64,000 nt of DNA from contig JAQGDQ010000555.1 of the NCBI GenBank assembly GCA_030141605.1, forward strand, positions 62,001 through 126,000, read 5' to 3'. Position 1 is the first letter of the stretch; each line of letters starts with the position of its first letter. Of the stretch, positions 27,453 through 39,700 are shown in pieces. Origin of the DNA: Tubiluchus corallicola. Lineage: Eukaryota > Animalia > Priapulida. A program made the translations under genes and the position numbers. The notes under the pieces are model-generated. The model had not been told where the DNA came from. It saw only the letters and a program-made list of their open reading frames with translations, and ran no database searches.

Positions 27453-29534
27453 GTATCCTTTTTTGAAGTTGTTTTTTCCTTGAAAATTGTAAATGGGTCG
27501 TTCTCCACAGAATGTATAATTTTTGTCCCAGGATAATTTTTTTTAAATAACAAAGTTTCTGGTGCAATACTGTCTCATGACTGGTAGACACCAAAGAAAG
27601 AGACTTATTCCAGTTGTATTTGTAGACAGAAAAGTGATTTGGACATTTCTACTGAAGCTGAAATCAATTCCTCTGAAAGTTTTTCCCATTTTCAACTTTT
27701 CCATTACATTAGATTTGGCAGAAAGTTTCCGTTTAAAAATTAATTTGCAGTATTTTATTCTACGCAGCACACATTGAAGTAAAAATCCTCTTCCCAAATA
27801 CTTTCAGAACTAGCAAATATTCGTGTTGCTTAATTTCATGTGTCTCCGTGTTCATGTGTCATTCCTGTTACTTTGGCAGAAAAGCTGAGGCATGTACCAC
27901 TGATTGACTCAATTGGTTTAAATATTTGTTAGCAGAGAGCACCACCTATTGTGATTTGGCAAACTTTTTAACGGTGGCTTCTCCGATGTTTTTTTAAGTT
28001 TCCTGACAAAAGTTTTGGTTCATTGTTATTGGTAGATCCATCTATAGGTAATTGAAAAATGCTTCCATAATTTGGTAATGATATAAAATAAGTTTAGTTA
28101 AAAAAGAAGTGTTGTTTTTTCAGATGTGAAATTGACGAAAAATTTGCATGATTTTTGCTTGATTGGCTTTAGTAGGTATAATAATGGCAGCTGTCACAAC
28201 GTAAGCTGAACAGTCCAATGTATTTCTAATAAATTTGAGTTAATATGGAGTTCTCACTGAAATACTAAAGTTGGAAAGGTATCTCAGAAAATCTGCTTGA
28301 TGACTCGAAATTTTACTTGCAGCTTGGCAACAGTTAGTAAAGAAGGAGTGACAAAGTTTTTATATCTATTCATAATTTTACATCAATTTTATCAGTTTTA
28401 AATAGTTTACTTTTATAGTATTTTTGAGCTTTAGTCTTAAAACAAGTTAAGCACTAAAAATTTTATTCGCTATGATTCACATTATAATAAGAGCACGGTT
28501 AGTACAAACTCAAATTTACATTAAAATTGAAATGGATTAGTTTATTTGTGTCATTCCATATGGATACGTACCGTTTAATGACACACAATCCATTACTGTG
28601 CAAATATTTGTATTACCTAATTATAATAGATTGTGATATTCTGGGCCATGTCAGTGTGATGATTTATCGGTAGAGAGTAAACTTGGGACATTTGGAAGTT
28701 GTTAACCTTCCATTTAGTGGTTATCAGTTGCTGTCGGCTAACCGGTAAAGCGTTACCGATGACGTCATACATATAAGAAAATGTACACATGACTTGCACG
28801 ATTTAGCATGCTTCAGCGAAGGTGTCCAACATGCCGGCATCCTTGTAGCATACGCGTGTGAAAACTTTTTGCAATTTGCTGTTTGGATGCGTCTTGGGCT
28901 ACCAGATTCATTGAAACAATGTTTTATATTATAGTACAATTTTATGTAGTACGCTAAGTGCGTACGCCAACTCAGAAAAGATATAAGGTTTCATTAATAC
29001 GGATACACAGAAAACTTAGCTAAGTAACGGTTAAATGATTAGTGATTTTCTAAAGGGTTTCACCGGTTAGCGGTCGGTTAAGCAGTTAAGCGTATCAGCC
29101 CTAGTAGAGAATATACTGTCAGGTGTTACGTGTACATGTAGGACAATAGAGGGGGAGTAGACGTATTAGCTTGGTCCACCAGCCATTTCGTTTGCAACAG
29201 ACATTTGTGTATGGCCTCGTGTATAACATTGAATAAGCCTTTTCACAGTTTTACAATTGATGATGATCGTTAAAAGTTCAAAGGTTAAGTGTACCAGACA
29301 ATTCATTTGTGTGTGCTTGACAACGCCTCACAGCCCATTCTGTTGTCATAGTAACAAAAGTTGGCAAGAACTTTACCTACTTTTCATTTTTTCTTACGCA
29401 CAAAGAAACTGTGAAAACGCTTATAGCATCACATACAAGCTTCCTATGTAGCATTAGACGTTTTAGCTTTACATGTTCAAATTCAATGATATTGTCACGT
29501 GTCGACATTGCTTCACTTAACCGATTGACATCAG
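27453..29534 (+). other. Probable U12-type (minor spliceosome) GT-AG intron of ARL2
   Basis: 5' splice site GTATCCTTT matches the U12 consensus; branch-like TTCACTTAAC lies about 13 nt before the 3' end; there is no polypyrimidine tract. Confidence 0.85.
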
Positions 29535-29645
29535 AGGTTTAGATAATGCCGGCAAGACGACGATAGTGAAGAAGTTCAATGGTGAAGACGTTTCTACTAT
29601 ATCACCAACTCTTGGTTTTAATATCAAAACTTTAGAACATAAAGG
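29535..29645 (+). CDS. ARL2: ARL2 coding exon 2 (111 bp)
   Basis: [37 protein letters not shown] (P-loop, switch I); AG/GT boundaries in phase. Confidence 0.95.
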
Positions 29646-30477
29646 GTAATGTTTTTATGCAAATTATTTTCAAAGTAAAACTTTGGAGAACCAAAAATCT
29701 AGCAAACATAAAGCTAGAGATTTAGTCATTCTTGCGTAAATGCAGTTGTTAAAATTTCCTGTGTCTTACTTCATGAACTCAAAAGATTTCAGTAGGGAGG
29801 GGAAAAATGTCATATTTCAAAATGCTTTGTGAAAGTTTGAAGCTGAATAACGGAATATTTAAAACCAGTCGAAACAAAGTTTGTGTATTTTTCTCTGGTT
29901 AGCAGTAATGTTTTAAATTTTTTCAATGCACATTTTTTAGCCTTGCTTTTTAATTTTTTATTTAGCTTACAAAATTGTCTTAAAATTATGGGTTATCGTT
30001 TCTCTTCTACGCTTGAACTTATCTTTTGATAATTGTGGTATAAGCGGCAACACTGCCTAGCCGTTGGTTCACCTGATTTGGTGGAAAGTGCGACATTTTT
30101 AGCCTTCAGTACGATAATCAGCATCATATAAAGTGACAACCACGGCCGAGAGTTAGCCGTAAAAAACATGGCTGCATTTTTGCCGAATAACCTTGTTATA
30201 ATAATTATTGCATTTGTGTTTTCAGTTAAAAAGACTGTACTTTTATATGACTGCATTAGGCAAGTATATTGCATTGGTGGTCGCCATGAAAAATATTAGC
30301 TGCCTGTTTTGCAATTGGATGGTAATAGAAGTATTTTTATTGTCAGCCTAAATTTGTGGAATCATAATGCCCTGTTCGTAATGGTTTAAATGTAGTTGAA
30401 AAAGTGGGGTAAAAATTCAGAGACCTCAAAGGTTAGACTTGTAACTGTCCAAATCAAATTGCTGTTGAGGCTGAAAA

Positions 30478-30765
30478 GTGTAGAGAGAGTTAGGTGAGGT
30501 GTCCCATGTTACAGAGTTTGAGCTGTAGAGAGAGTTAGGTGAGAAGGTTTGCCATCTTGCAGAGTTTGAGCTGTAGAGGGAGTTAGGTGAGAAGGTTTGC
30601 CATGTTGCAGAGTTTGAGCTGTAAAGAGAGGTAGGTGAGAAGGTTTGCCATCTTGCAGAGTTTGAGCTGTAGAGAGAGTTAGGTGAGAAGGTTTGCCATG
30701 TTGCAGAGTTTGAGCTGTAGAGAGAGTTAGGTGAGAAGGTCTGCCATGTTGCAGAGTTTGAGCAA
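30478..30765. repeat. 48-bp minisatellite, about 6 copies, in an ARL2 intron
   Basis: Unit AGAGTTTGAGCTGTAGAGAGAGTTAGGTGAGAAGGTTTGCCATGTTGC. Confidence 0.92.
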
Positions 30766-30968
30766 GCCACACGTCAATTATCACTGCATAAAAAATTGTT
30801 GCCACCCCAGCAAAAATGTAACAACAGCTTAGTGACTTTTCAGCTTGCTATGGTCACTTTAAAAGTATACATTTTAATGCATTTAATACTGTAAAAGCAT
30901 TTATGATAATTAAATAATTGATGGCAACTATTGTGTAATAATTCTCAACAGCAAAAATATTTGGAATA

Positions 30969-31815
30969 TTGGAAATTGGAATACAAAGAATCATGTTCTT
31001 TGCACTTGACACAAAAACTGTGTGTTTGGAAATTGGAATACAAAGAATTATGTTCGTTGCACTTGACACAAAAACTGTGTGTTTGGAAATTGAAATACAA
31101 AACTGTGTGTTTGGAAATTGAAATACAAAGAATCATGTTCGTTGCACTTGACACAGAAACTGTGTGTTTGGAAATTGGAATACAAAGAATTATATTTGTT
31201 GCACTAGACACAAAAACTGTGTGTTTGGAAATTGGAATACAAAGAATTATGTTCATTGCACTAGACACAAAAACTGTGTGTTTGGAAATTGGAATGCAAA
31301 GAGTTATGTTCGTTGCACTTGACACAAAAACTGTGTGTTTGGAAATTGGAATGCAAAGAGTTATGTTCGTTGCACTTGACACAAAAACTGTGTGTTTGGA
31401 AATTGGAATACAAAGAATTATGTTCGCTGCACTTGACACAAAAACTGTGTGTTTGGAAATTGGAATACAAAGAATCATGTTCGTTGCACTTGACACAGAA
31501 ACTGTGTGTTTGGAAATTGGAATACAAAGAATTATGTTCGTTGCACTTGACCCAGAAACTGTGTGTTTGGAAATTGGAATGCAAAGAGTTATGTTCGTTG
31601 CACTTGACCCAGAAACTGTGTGTTTGGAAATTGGAATACAAAGAATCATGTTCGCTGCACTTGACACAGAAACTGTGTGTTTGGAAATTGGAATACAAAG
31701 AATTATATTCGTTGCACTAGACACAAAAACTGTGTGTTTGGAAATTGGAATACAAAGAATTATGTTCATTGCACTAGACACAAAAACTGTGTGTTTGGAA
31801 ATTGGAATACAAAGA
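30969..31815. repeat. 57-bp minisatellite, about 14-15 copies, in an ARL2 intron
   Basis: Unit TTGGAAATTGGAATACAAAGAATTATGTTCGTTGCACTTGACACAAAAACTGTGTGT. Confidence 0.93.
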
Positions 31816-32012
31816 GATATGTGCTGATGTTTTTTTTAATTTTGTAAACTGACATTACTACCTGTGTAGAACTTTTCAAGTAGAATGTGCGGGGGGTGTC
31901 GACTGACTAAAGTCACAAAGTCACCAAATTCATACTGGTGCAATTAATTTGAGAGAACCAATGAGTTGGTATTGGCTGTTGATGCACTGATCTCTTGTTT
32001 AATCAATTTCAG

Positions 32013-32175
32013 GTTTAAGTTGAATGTCTGGGACGTCGGTGGACAAAAGTCTCTGAGGTCTTACTGGCGTAATTATTTTGAGAGCACCGACGGGTTGATA
32101 TGGGTTGTTGACAGTGCCGATCGACGTCGACTTGGCGATTGTAAGAAAGAACTGCATTCATTACTTGTAGAAGAG
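32013..32175 (+). CDS. ARL2: ARL2 coding exon 3 (163 bp)
   Basis: [36 protein letters not shown]...LLVEE; TTTCAG acceptor and GTGAG donor. Confidence 0.96.
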
Positions 32176-32514
32176 GTGAGTTATCCTAGCAATGGCCTAT
32201 TTGCTTGGAAAGGGTCTTTAGAAGCTCGTGTTCAATACTGTAATTGTCTGTGCTCACTTATTTAGGATTTCTGTTAGTTTGTACTATTCATGTATCTTTA
32301 AATGTTTGGTTGTTTTACGTTCAAAATGGATTATCAAATAATCCCTTAGTAGAACAGTGAAAATGCAGGGTGCTCCAAGCCAGTGGCAGCTTGTGTATAG
32401 GTACTGTGGAACTACAGCTTTCCCTATTCTCTCTTGACATTATCAGTAATATTCAATATGATAAGATCTACTCTTCTTTAATTCCTTCTTTCTGCTTCTA
32501 TGGAACCAGAGCAC

Positions 32515-33190
32515 GTAATGGAACTGTGTTGTTCACTGGTCCAGCACTGTGCATTTCATAGGTCCAGCAACATCATAATGGAACTGTGCTGTTCACAGGT
32601 CCAGCACTGTGCATTTCATAGGTCCAGCAACATCGTAATGGAACTGTGTTGTTCACAGGTCCAGCACTGTGCATGTCATAGGTCCAGCAACATCATAATG
32701 GAACTGTGCTGTTCACAGGTCCAGCACTGTGCATTTCATAGGTCCAGCAACATCATAATGGAACTGTGTTGTTCACAGGTCCAGCACTGTGCATTTCATA
32801 GGTCCAGCAACATCGTAATGGAACTGTGTTGTTCACAGGTCCAGCACCGTGCACTTCATAGGTCCAGCAACATCGTAATGGAACTGTGTTGTTCACAGGT
32901 CCAGCATTGTGCACTTCATAGGTCCAGCAACATCGTAATGGAACTGTGTTGTTCACAGGTCCAGCACTGTGCATTTCATAGGTCCAGCAACATCATAATG
33001 GAACTGTGTTGTTCACAGGTCCAGCACTGTGCATTTCATAGGTCCAGCAACGTCATAATGGAACTGTGTTGTTCGTAGGTCCAGCACTGTGCACTTTATA
33101 GTTTCAGCAACATCATAATGGAACTGTGTTGTTCACAGGTCCAGCACTGTGCATTTCATAGGTCCAGCACTGTGCCCTTCGTAGGTCCAA
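32515..33190. repeat. 60-bp minisatellite, about 11 copies
   Basis: Unit GAACTGTGTTGTTCACAGGTCCAGCACTGTGCATTTCATAGGTCCAGCAACATCATAATG. Confidence 0.93.
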
Positions 33191-33249
33191 AATGTACCCT
33201 TCATGGGTTCAGCAATGTTGTGTTTGGCTGCTAGTAGCATCTGCTACTA

Positions 33250-33525
33250 GGTAGAGAAAGTACTTTCCCTCACGCAGTGAGGTCAGTTGTCATGTGCTCA
33301 AACCCCGTGTACTGGAAATATTCTTGAACTACATCAGTTTAGGCTATTCGTAAGCAAAATGTATTTTTATTTAGGATTTTATCAAATTATATACAAATTT
33401 TTTGTTTGCTTGAAATTCCAATTACAAATTACAACAATAAAATTACATGTTTGTCTCATTTTACACTGTATTAAAACAGTGGTTAAACATTGTCTGAAGC
33501 AACAACCCCACTAATTTTAGCTACT
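33250..33525. repeat. Dispersed repeat with an inverted copy at about 39285-39640
   Basis: CCCCACTAATTTTAGCTAC vs GTAGCTAAAATTAGTGGGG, and TAGGTAGAGAAAGTAC vs GTACTCTTTTCTACCTA. Confidence 0.65.
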
Positions 33526-33839
33526 AAATGCCACCATTACAAACTGCAGGTTATTATTAGGCAACAAAAGGGAAAAACGCTTGATACTAATACTGATGCT
33601 CTGTTTTGGAGCACAGGAATAATAATCCCAGATCTCTGGTTCAAATCCCGACTAGTCTACAATTTTTCAGCATTTTTTTTCTTTCTCCAATTTTTAACCC
33701 TCAATGGGAAATAATTGTTAAAAACGATCATCAGTGGTTTGTAATCACTCCGCTAATCACAGTCATAATCTTGCTAATTAATTATGTTGTCAGCTGCCAG
33801 CTCATTTGAGAAAAGTGTTGACACCTGATACTAAAATTA

Positions 33840-34162
33840 TTTCAGTTTCGGTAATATCCCTGTGCACAATACGTACTAGTAAACGTATACAATGTGCACA
33901 TAGAAAACAACATATGTTTGCTAGACAGAAGTGGGGAGACTTTGAATTTCAGTCTCGGTAATATCCCTGTGCACAATACGTACTAGTAAACGTATACAAT
34001 GTGCACATATAAAACAACATATGTTTGCCAGACAGAAGTGGGGAGACTTTGAATTTCAGTCTCGATAATATCCCTGTGCACAATACGTACTAGTAAACGT
34101 ATACAATGTGCACATAGAAAACAACATATGTTTGCCAGACAGAAGCGGGGAGACTCTGAATT
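33840..34162. repeat. 107-bp tandem repeat x3
   Basis: TAATATCCCTGTGCACAATACGTACTAGTAAACG recurs with a 107-bp period. Confidence 0.9.
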
Positions 34163-34493
34163 TGCCGATTCTCCATATTTTCCGATGCTAAACTAATACA
34201 GTAGACGCCATGTGTTAGAATCACGGTAATGTAGAATCAATCACCTAATTGCCTCAAAAACGTCTAGTATGGGCCGCCCTATGCAAAATTGTAGAAAAGC
34301 TGTTGGCAATTAACTCTGCATAATTGATTCTATATTTTTACACATAGAGATATGCATGTGGTCACACTGATGTACGTAATGTAAACCCGATCGGCTCGCG
34401 AAATAACAGACTGTGTCCGTATTACATGAGAATTTTAACTGACCAAATTTTGTCCGAATTTTCCGATATCCGCAAAAGTCTGGCAAACCACAA

Positions 34494-35063
34494 CAATAAG
34501 CTTACAAGCATGTAATGAGAACATCCTAAGCACTGATGGATCACAGTAATAAGCTTACAAGCATGTAATGAGAACATCCTAAGTACTGATGGGCCACAAT
34601 AATAAGCTTACAAGCATGTAATGAGAACATCCTAAGTACTGATGGGTCACAGTAATAAGCTTACAAGCATGTAATGAGAACATCCTAAGCACTGATGGAT
34701 CACAGTGATAAGCTTACAAGCATGTAATGAGAACATCCTAAGTACTGATGGGTCACAGTAATAAGCTTACAAGCATGTAATGAGAACATCCTAAGTACTG
34801 ATGGGCCACAGTAATAAGCTTACAAGCATGTAATGAGAACATCCTAAGTACTGATGGGCCACAGTAATAAGCTTACAAGCATGTAATGAGAACATCCTAA
34901 GTACTGATGGGCCACAGTAATAAGCTTACAAGCATGTAATGAGAACATCCTAAGTACTGATGGGCCACAGTAATAAGCTTGCAAGCATGTAATGAGAACA
35001 TCCTAAGTACTGATGGACCACAATAATAAGCTTACAAGCATGTAATGAGAACATCCTAAGTAC
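34494..35063. repeat. 53-bp minisatellite, about 11 copies
   Basis: Unit AATAAGCTTACAAGCATGTAATGAGAACATCCTAAGTACTGATGGGCCACAGT. Confidence 0.93.
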
Positions 35064-35181
35064 CATCCGACACTTAGGACACTAAGTTCAACTTTTTCTT
35101 TAGTTTTCTTTTTATTTATTTTTTTTCCTTTGAAACAGATTTTAATATTTTATTTTAATGTGTTTGTTTGTTTGTTTCTAG

Positions 35182-35262
35182 AGACTAGCTGGAGCTACTC
35201 TCTTAGTATTTGCAAATAAACAGGATTTACCTGGTGCATTGACTGGTGATAATCTCAGACAG
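35182..35262 (+). CDS. ARL2: ARL2 coding exon 4 (81 bp)
   Basis: RLAGATLLVFANKQDLPGALTGDNLRQ (NKQD G4 motif); TAG acceptor and GTGAG donor. Confidence 0.95.
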
Positions 35263-36149
35263 GTGAGTAAAGTTTTTCTCCGTGTTTGCATACCTGTTGA
35301 ATAACTTTTGTAATTAAGTTGTTCTTTCTTAACTTACAATATTTTCTCATTAGATTGCTGTAGCACAAAATTTTAAATTTGCTTCGCTAGACCCGTTGTA
35401 ATTTCATGCAAATCTTTATAATGTGTTTTATGGCAAAATGGTTTCTAGGGTGAGGACAAATGATTTCAAATTTTTTTCGATGTTCGATTTTAGCTGACAG
35501 TGTTCGATTTGATACAATTCAACTTCGATTTTTGGTGAAGAAGAGTTTTTCAACCTATGCAAGTGTATTTCTTGATTTGATTGTCAGTACGTTTATCCCT
35601 AACTCCAGTGCACTGCTAAATTACTTGCATTACAAGTATTAGCACACTCAGTGAAAATTTTCAGCACAAAACTTCTTGAACTTGCGCCATCTTGTGCCGT
35701 CAGGTTTAATAAACGCTTAGTGCACATGGCTGTAGATGTTCTTGCATTAAGGAAACCGAAGATTTTTTTGCCATTAAGCAGCGGTCCAACGTTGAGGATG
35801 GAAAAATTGAATTTTTAATCGTAGCAGCAAGCTGTTTTTCGATGTTGAAGAATTAAATGTTGATTTGATAGTTGCGCAATATTTGTTAGTACTCCAATTT
35901 CCTGTCCCTTTATCTAGACAAAACTTTGTTTATTATGAGATTATTTACCCTGACTATGCTTGAAGGCAGTCAGAGTCAAGAAGTAGTCCAGTCACATTGT
36001 TTCTAATGCTAATTATTTGGTACCATGATTAAGTTCTTTGGAAAGTGTGTATGAAGAGTAGTAAAAACAATGGCAAAATATTTGATTTCTTAGCATTTGG
36101 CAGTCAGTAACTGCATTTTTTCTATGATTATGACATGAAACTTGATAAC

Positions 36150-36704
36150 TTTTTTCTCTAGTTCTTGGATTTGGATAGCATAGTAACACATCATTGGAAC
36201 ATTGTTACATGGAGTGTTGTTACTAATGATTCAATCACTTCGTGTTTTATTCTCTAGTTGCTGGATTTGGATAGCATAGTAACACATCACTGGAACATTG
36301 TTACATGCAGTGCTGTTACTAATGATTCAATCACTTCGTGTTTTATTCTCTAGTTGCTGGATTTGGATAGCATAGTAACACATCACTGGAACATTGTTAC
36401 ATGTAGTGTTGTTACCAATGATTCAATCACTTCGTGTTTTATTCTCTAGTTGTTGGATTTGGATAGCATAGTAACTCATCACTGGAACATTGTTACATGC
36501 AGTGCTGTTACTAATGATTCAATCACTTCGTGTTTTATTCTCTAGTTGTTGGATTTGGATAGCATAGTAACTCATCACTGGAACATTGTTACATGCAGTG
36601 CTGTTACTAATGATTCAATCACTTCGTGTTTTATTCTCTAGTTGTTGGATTTGGATAGCATAGTAACACATCACTGGAACATTGTTACATGCAGTGCTGT
36701 TACT
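36150..36704 (+). repeat. 96-bp tandem repeat made of the ARL2 last-exon acceptor plus the first 21 codons, 6 copies
   Basis: Exon-like starts after TCTCTAG at 36162, 36258, 36354, 36450, 36546 and 36642. Confidence 0.92.
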
Positions 36705-36776
36705 GGAGATAATCTACTTCATGGTGTTAACTGGATTATTGATGACATTTCTTCAAGGATATTTACCATGGACTGA
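36642..36776 (+). CDS. ARL2: ARL2 coding exon 5 (135 bp including stop)
   Basis: [44 protein letters not shown]; the five exons total 555 bp = 184 aa plus stop. Confidence 0.93.
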   Translation: MLDLDSIVTHHWNIVTCSAVTGDNLLHGVNWIIDDISSRIFTMD

Positions 36777-39700
36777 ATGAGGTGAGTGTTGAATCTTCAT
36801 TTTCATGTTCTTATGTATTATTGCTTTTACATTATTCCATGATTTATGTCATTTGGCAGGCACTTATGAAGATGTGAACTGATTTATGATCTGCCACCAT
36901 ATGACACATGTGCTGCCATCTATAGTATATTTATTTATAAAACAGGAAATAAGATGTTGATATTTTGATGGTATATTACTCTTGTGACTGTTAGTCTGTG
37001 ACTACTGTTTGTTAGTGAATTATAGGAAAACAACAACTACATCCTTTGTGTTTATTTAGTTGGTTATTAAGCAGAAGGAAAGGCATTTCCAATTAATATT
37101 TGAGTTTTCCTCGAAACAGCTACTGTAACAGCGAAATCCTTGTTCTTTGATCAATTCCGCCCTTGTAAACTAAGGTATTTTGTTAAGTTTTTACGCATAA
37201 ATCTTAAGCTGGTGAATTAACACCAGCTGGAATGCAATGCTTTGTGCTTTCAGTGCATGTTCATTTTCATCATAACTCTCTGTGCACTGGTCTCTTCTCT
37301 TGTCTACTGCAGTAGTGAGCAAATCAACAGATCTCTGTTTTTCCGTTTTCCGACTTTCTATACGATTAATTCCCGATTCAGTGCTAGCTTGTAGATTCAA
37401 TCAGTTTTTGTTAGATGAGTCTTGACAGTCTGCACCACTGGTTACATTTGCAGACCAGGGAGCAGTCAGGTCATCTGACTCAGATGTGTACTGGCTTGAA
37501 TAAGTACACAGCTATGTCGTTTAGTTTCTACTGAAACCTGATCTGTTGTTTCTACTGTAACAAGATCTGTTGTTTCTATTGTAACATGATCTGTTGTTTC
37601 TACTGTAACCTGATCTGTTGGGGGAGTTTCAGAAGCTGGTAACAAAGTTAGTGTTTCGGTCTTCAGTTGACGCAGGTCCTAGGAGAGAAGCTAACAAAAA
37701 CAAGGGCATTACACACATAATGTAAATATAACAAAAATGAGAGCAATATATGCAAGTATACGCCCATAGTAGAGAAAATCTTACAATAAATGAGGACATT
37801 ACAAGATTAAAACAAGAATATTTCGAATAAAAGCAGTTATTAATTTAAAAAATTAAAAATGCTTCATGAAAACGAAAGACAATTGTAGAAACAAGTTTGC
37901 ATCATCATGTGTACTTGCAAATAATTCTTCAGGGTTCTTGTAAGTAAAATTTTACTACTATGTAAAAAAGTAATAACTGTATGGATAACATCTCTTTTTA
38001 GTGATCATGATTCTACTGGAGGTTTTATTATCTTCATCTCTTAAACACTATGCTTTTATATAAAAAAATTACATAACGTCAAGATAAAAGACAAAGTGAA
38101 AACTGTTGTTTAATTCTTTTTTTATTTACATACCATGTTTAGATTCGAAATACAAATTAGCATTGTCAGTCATTGTTGATATCAAAGTTTAATACTGTAG
38201 ACTTGTACAGTAATGTTTGCACTTTGACAAAGATGACCAAAACAAGACTCATAATGCAGGCTAGCATCACAAAAATTGATATGTTCAAGCTATTTAATCA
38301 AACAAATTATAAAAAACATTTACTGTAAATGATTAACGTTCTTGAGCGTTTTTAAGAATAAAACACCCATAAGTTATTATTTCCCAAATTTGTTATTTAA
38401 TGCTAACAATGCCGATAATAATTATCCGTTTCAATAAAGAACAAAAGTTCCAATCAGATCTTATTCAAACTCATCTATCTTATTAGTCTGTTCGCCAATT
38501 TCGACTAGATAATAATACACGTTTTGGTTTCAGATTATAATGAAATCATATGTCGCATTTTATCAACTTCAAACTTGCTTAGTTTTAAGAAACATTTAGC
38601 AATTATTAGAAACAGTTTAGCAGTTATATTAAACAGATAATTAAATCAACAATTAACGAAAATAGCAGTTTTAAACTGAAATAATAGTAACAGTACTTTA
38701 CATTGAATTAAAAAATCATTACAATATATACAATATATACAAAAATGTTTACCAAGCTTTACCTTAAAAAGAAAGTAATACAAATTTCAATTTAAGTGCT
38801 GTATGACAGTAATGAATACATACCTATTTAGCGACATACAACTCATGTGAAAAACTGCAACCTGCGCATGCGTAGATTCAGTCAAAATGTCAAACTAAAC
38901 GTGTAAATCTAGAACAATCAAATTCATTACAAAACCGAATAAACAGCAAATGAAATAAACGAGACATTGAACTATTATGTTGTATAATTAACACTTGCAA
39001 AGGTTGTCAAATTTCAATCTCACAGACTGCTTTGCATATTTAACTTAGGATCTCATCAAAAGAAAAACAACACAAAAATGTTCCACCCTAAGATATGTAA
39101 AAACAGCTGGCACTTTTGCTAATTTAGAAAAGCGCCCCATGCAAAATTAAACATAAATGTTTAAGTTTATCGGTTCATATACTACAATTTTAAATTTGTA
39201 ACTAGGTATTGTTAATGATCTAGTTATCAATGGAATCAATGTTCAAACGTCAGTTACATACATCGATAACGATCAGTAGCGGCTCGTAGCTAAAATTAGT
39301 GGGGGTGCTGCAAAATTAAAATTTTTAGCCATTGTGTTAATACACTGTAAAACAAAACAAACATGTGTAATTATAATGTTGTAATTGTAATTTTAAACAA
39401 ACGGACTAATTTGAAGATAACTTTGATAAACTCTTAAACAAAAAAATGTTTTCTTACTAATAGGCTAAATTGCCTCAGCTTATTTAATGTTGTAATTGTA
39501 TTTTTAAACAAACGAACTAATTTAAACATAATCTTAATTAAACTCTTAAACAAGAAATACTATTTTCTGACTACACGGTTCTAAAGCAGGTGACAATTGA
39601 CAACACGTACTGCAATGAGCGACAGTACTCTTTCTACCTAAAGTACAGCGTCTTATCTCAGACATTCGCATGACCGCATGCGCACAGGAGCCATACAGCA

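Noticed and set aside
30426-33078. Repetitive ORFs of 98-298 aa
   Set aside because: They arise from intronic minisatellites with unit lengths divisible by 3.
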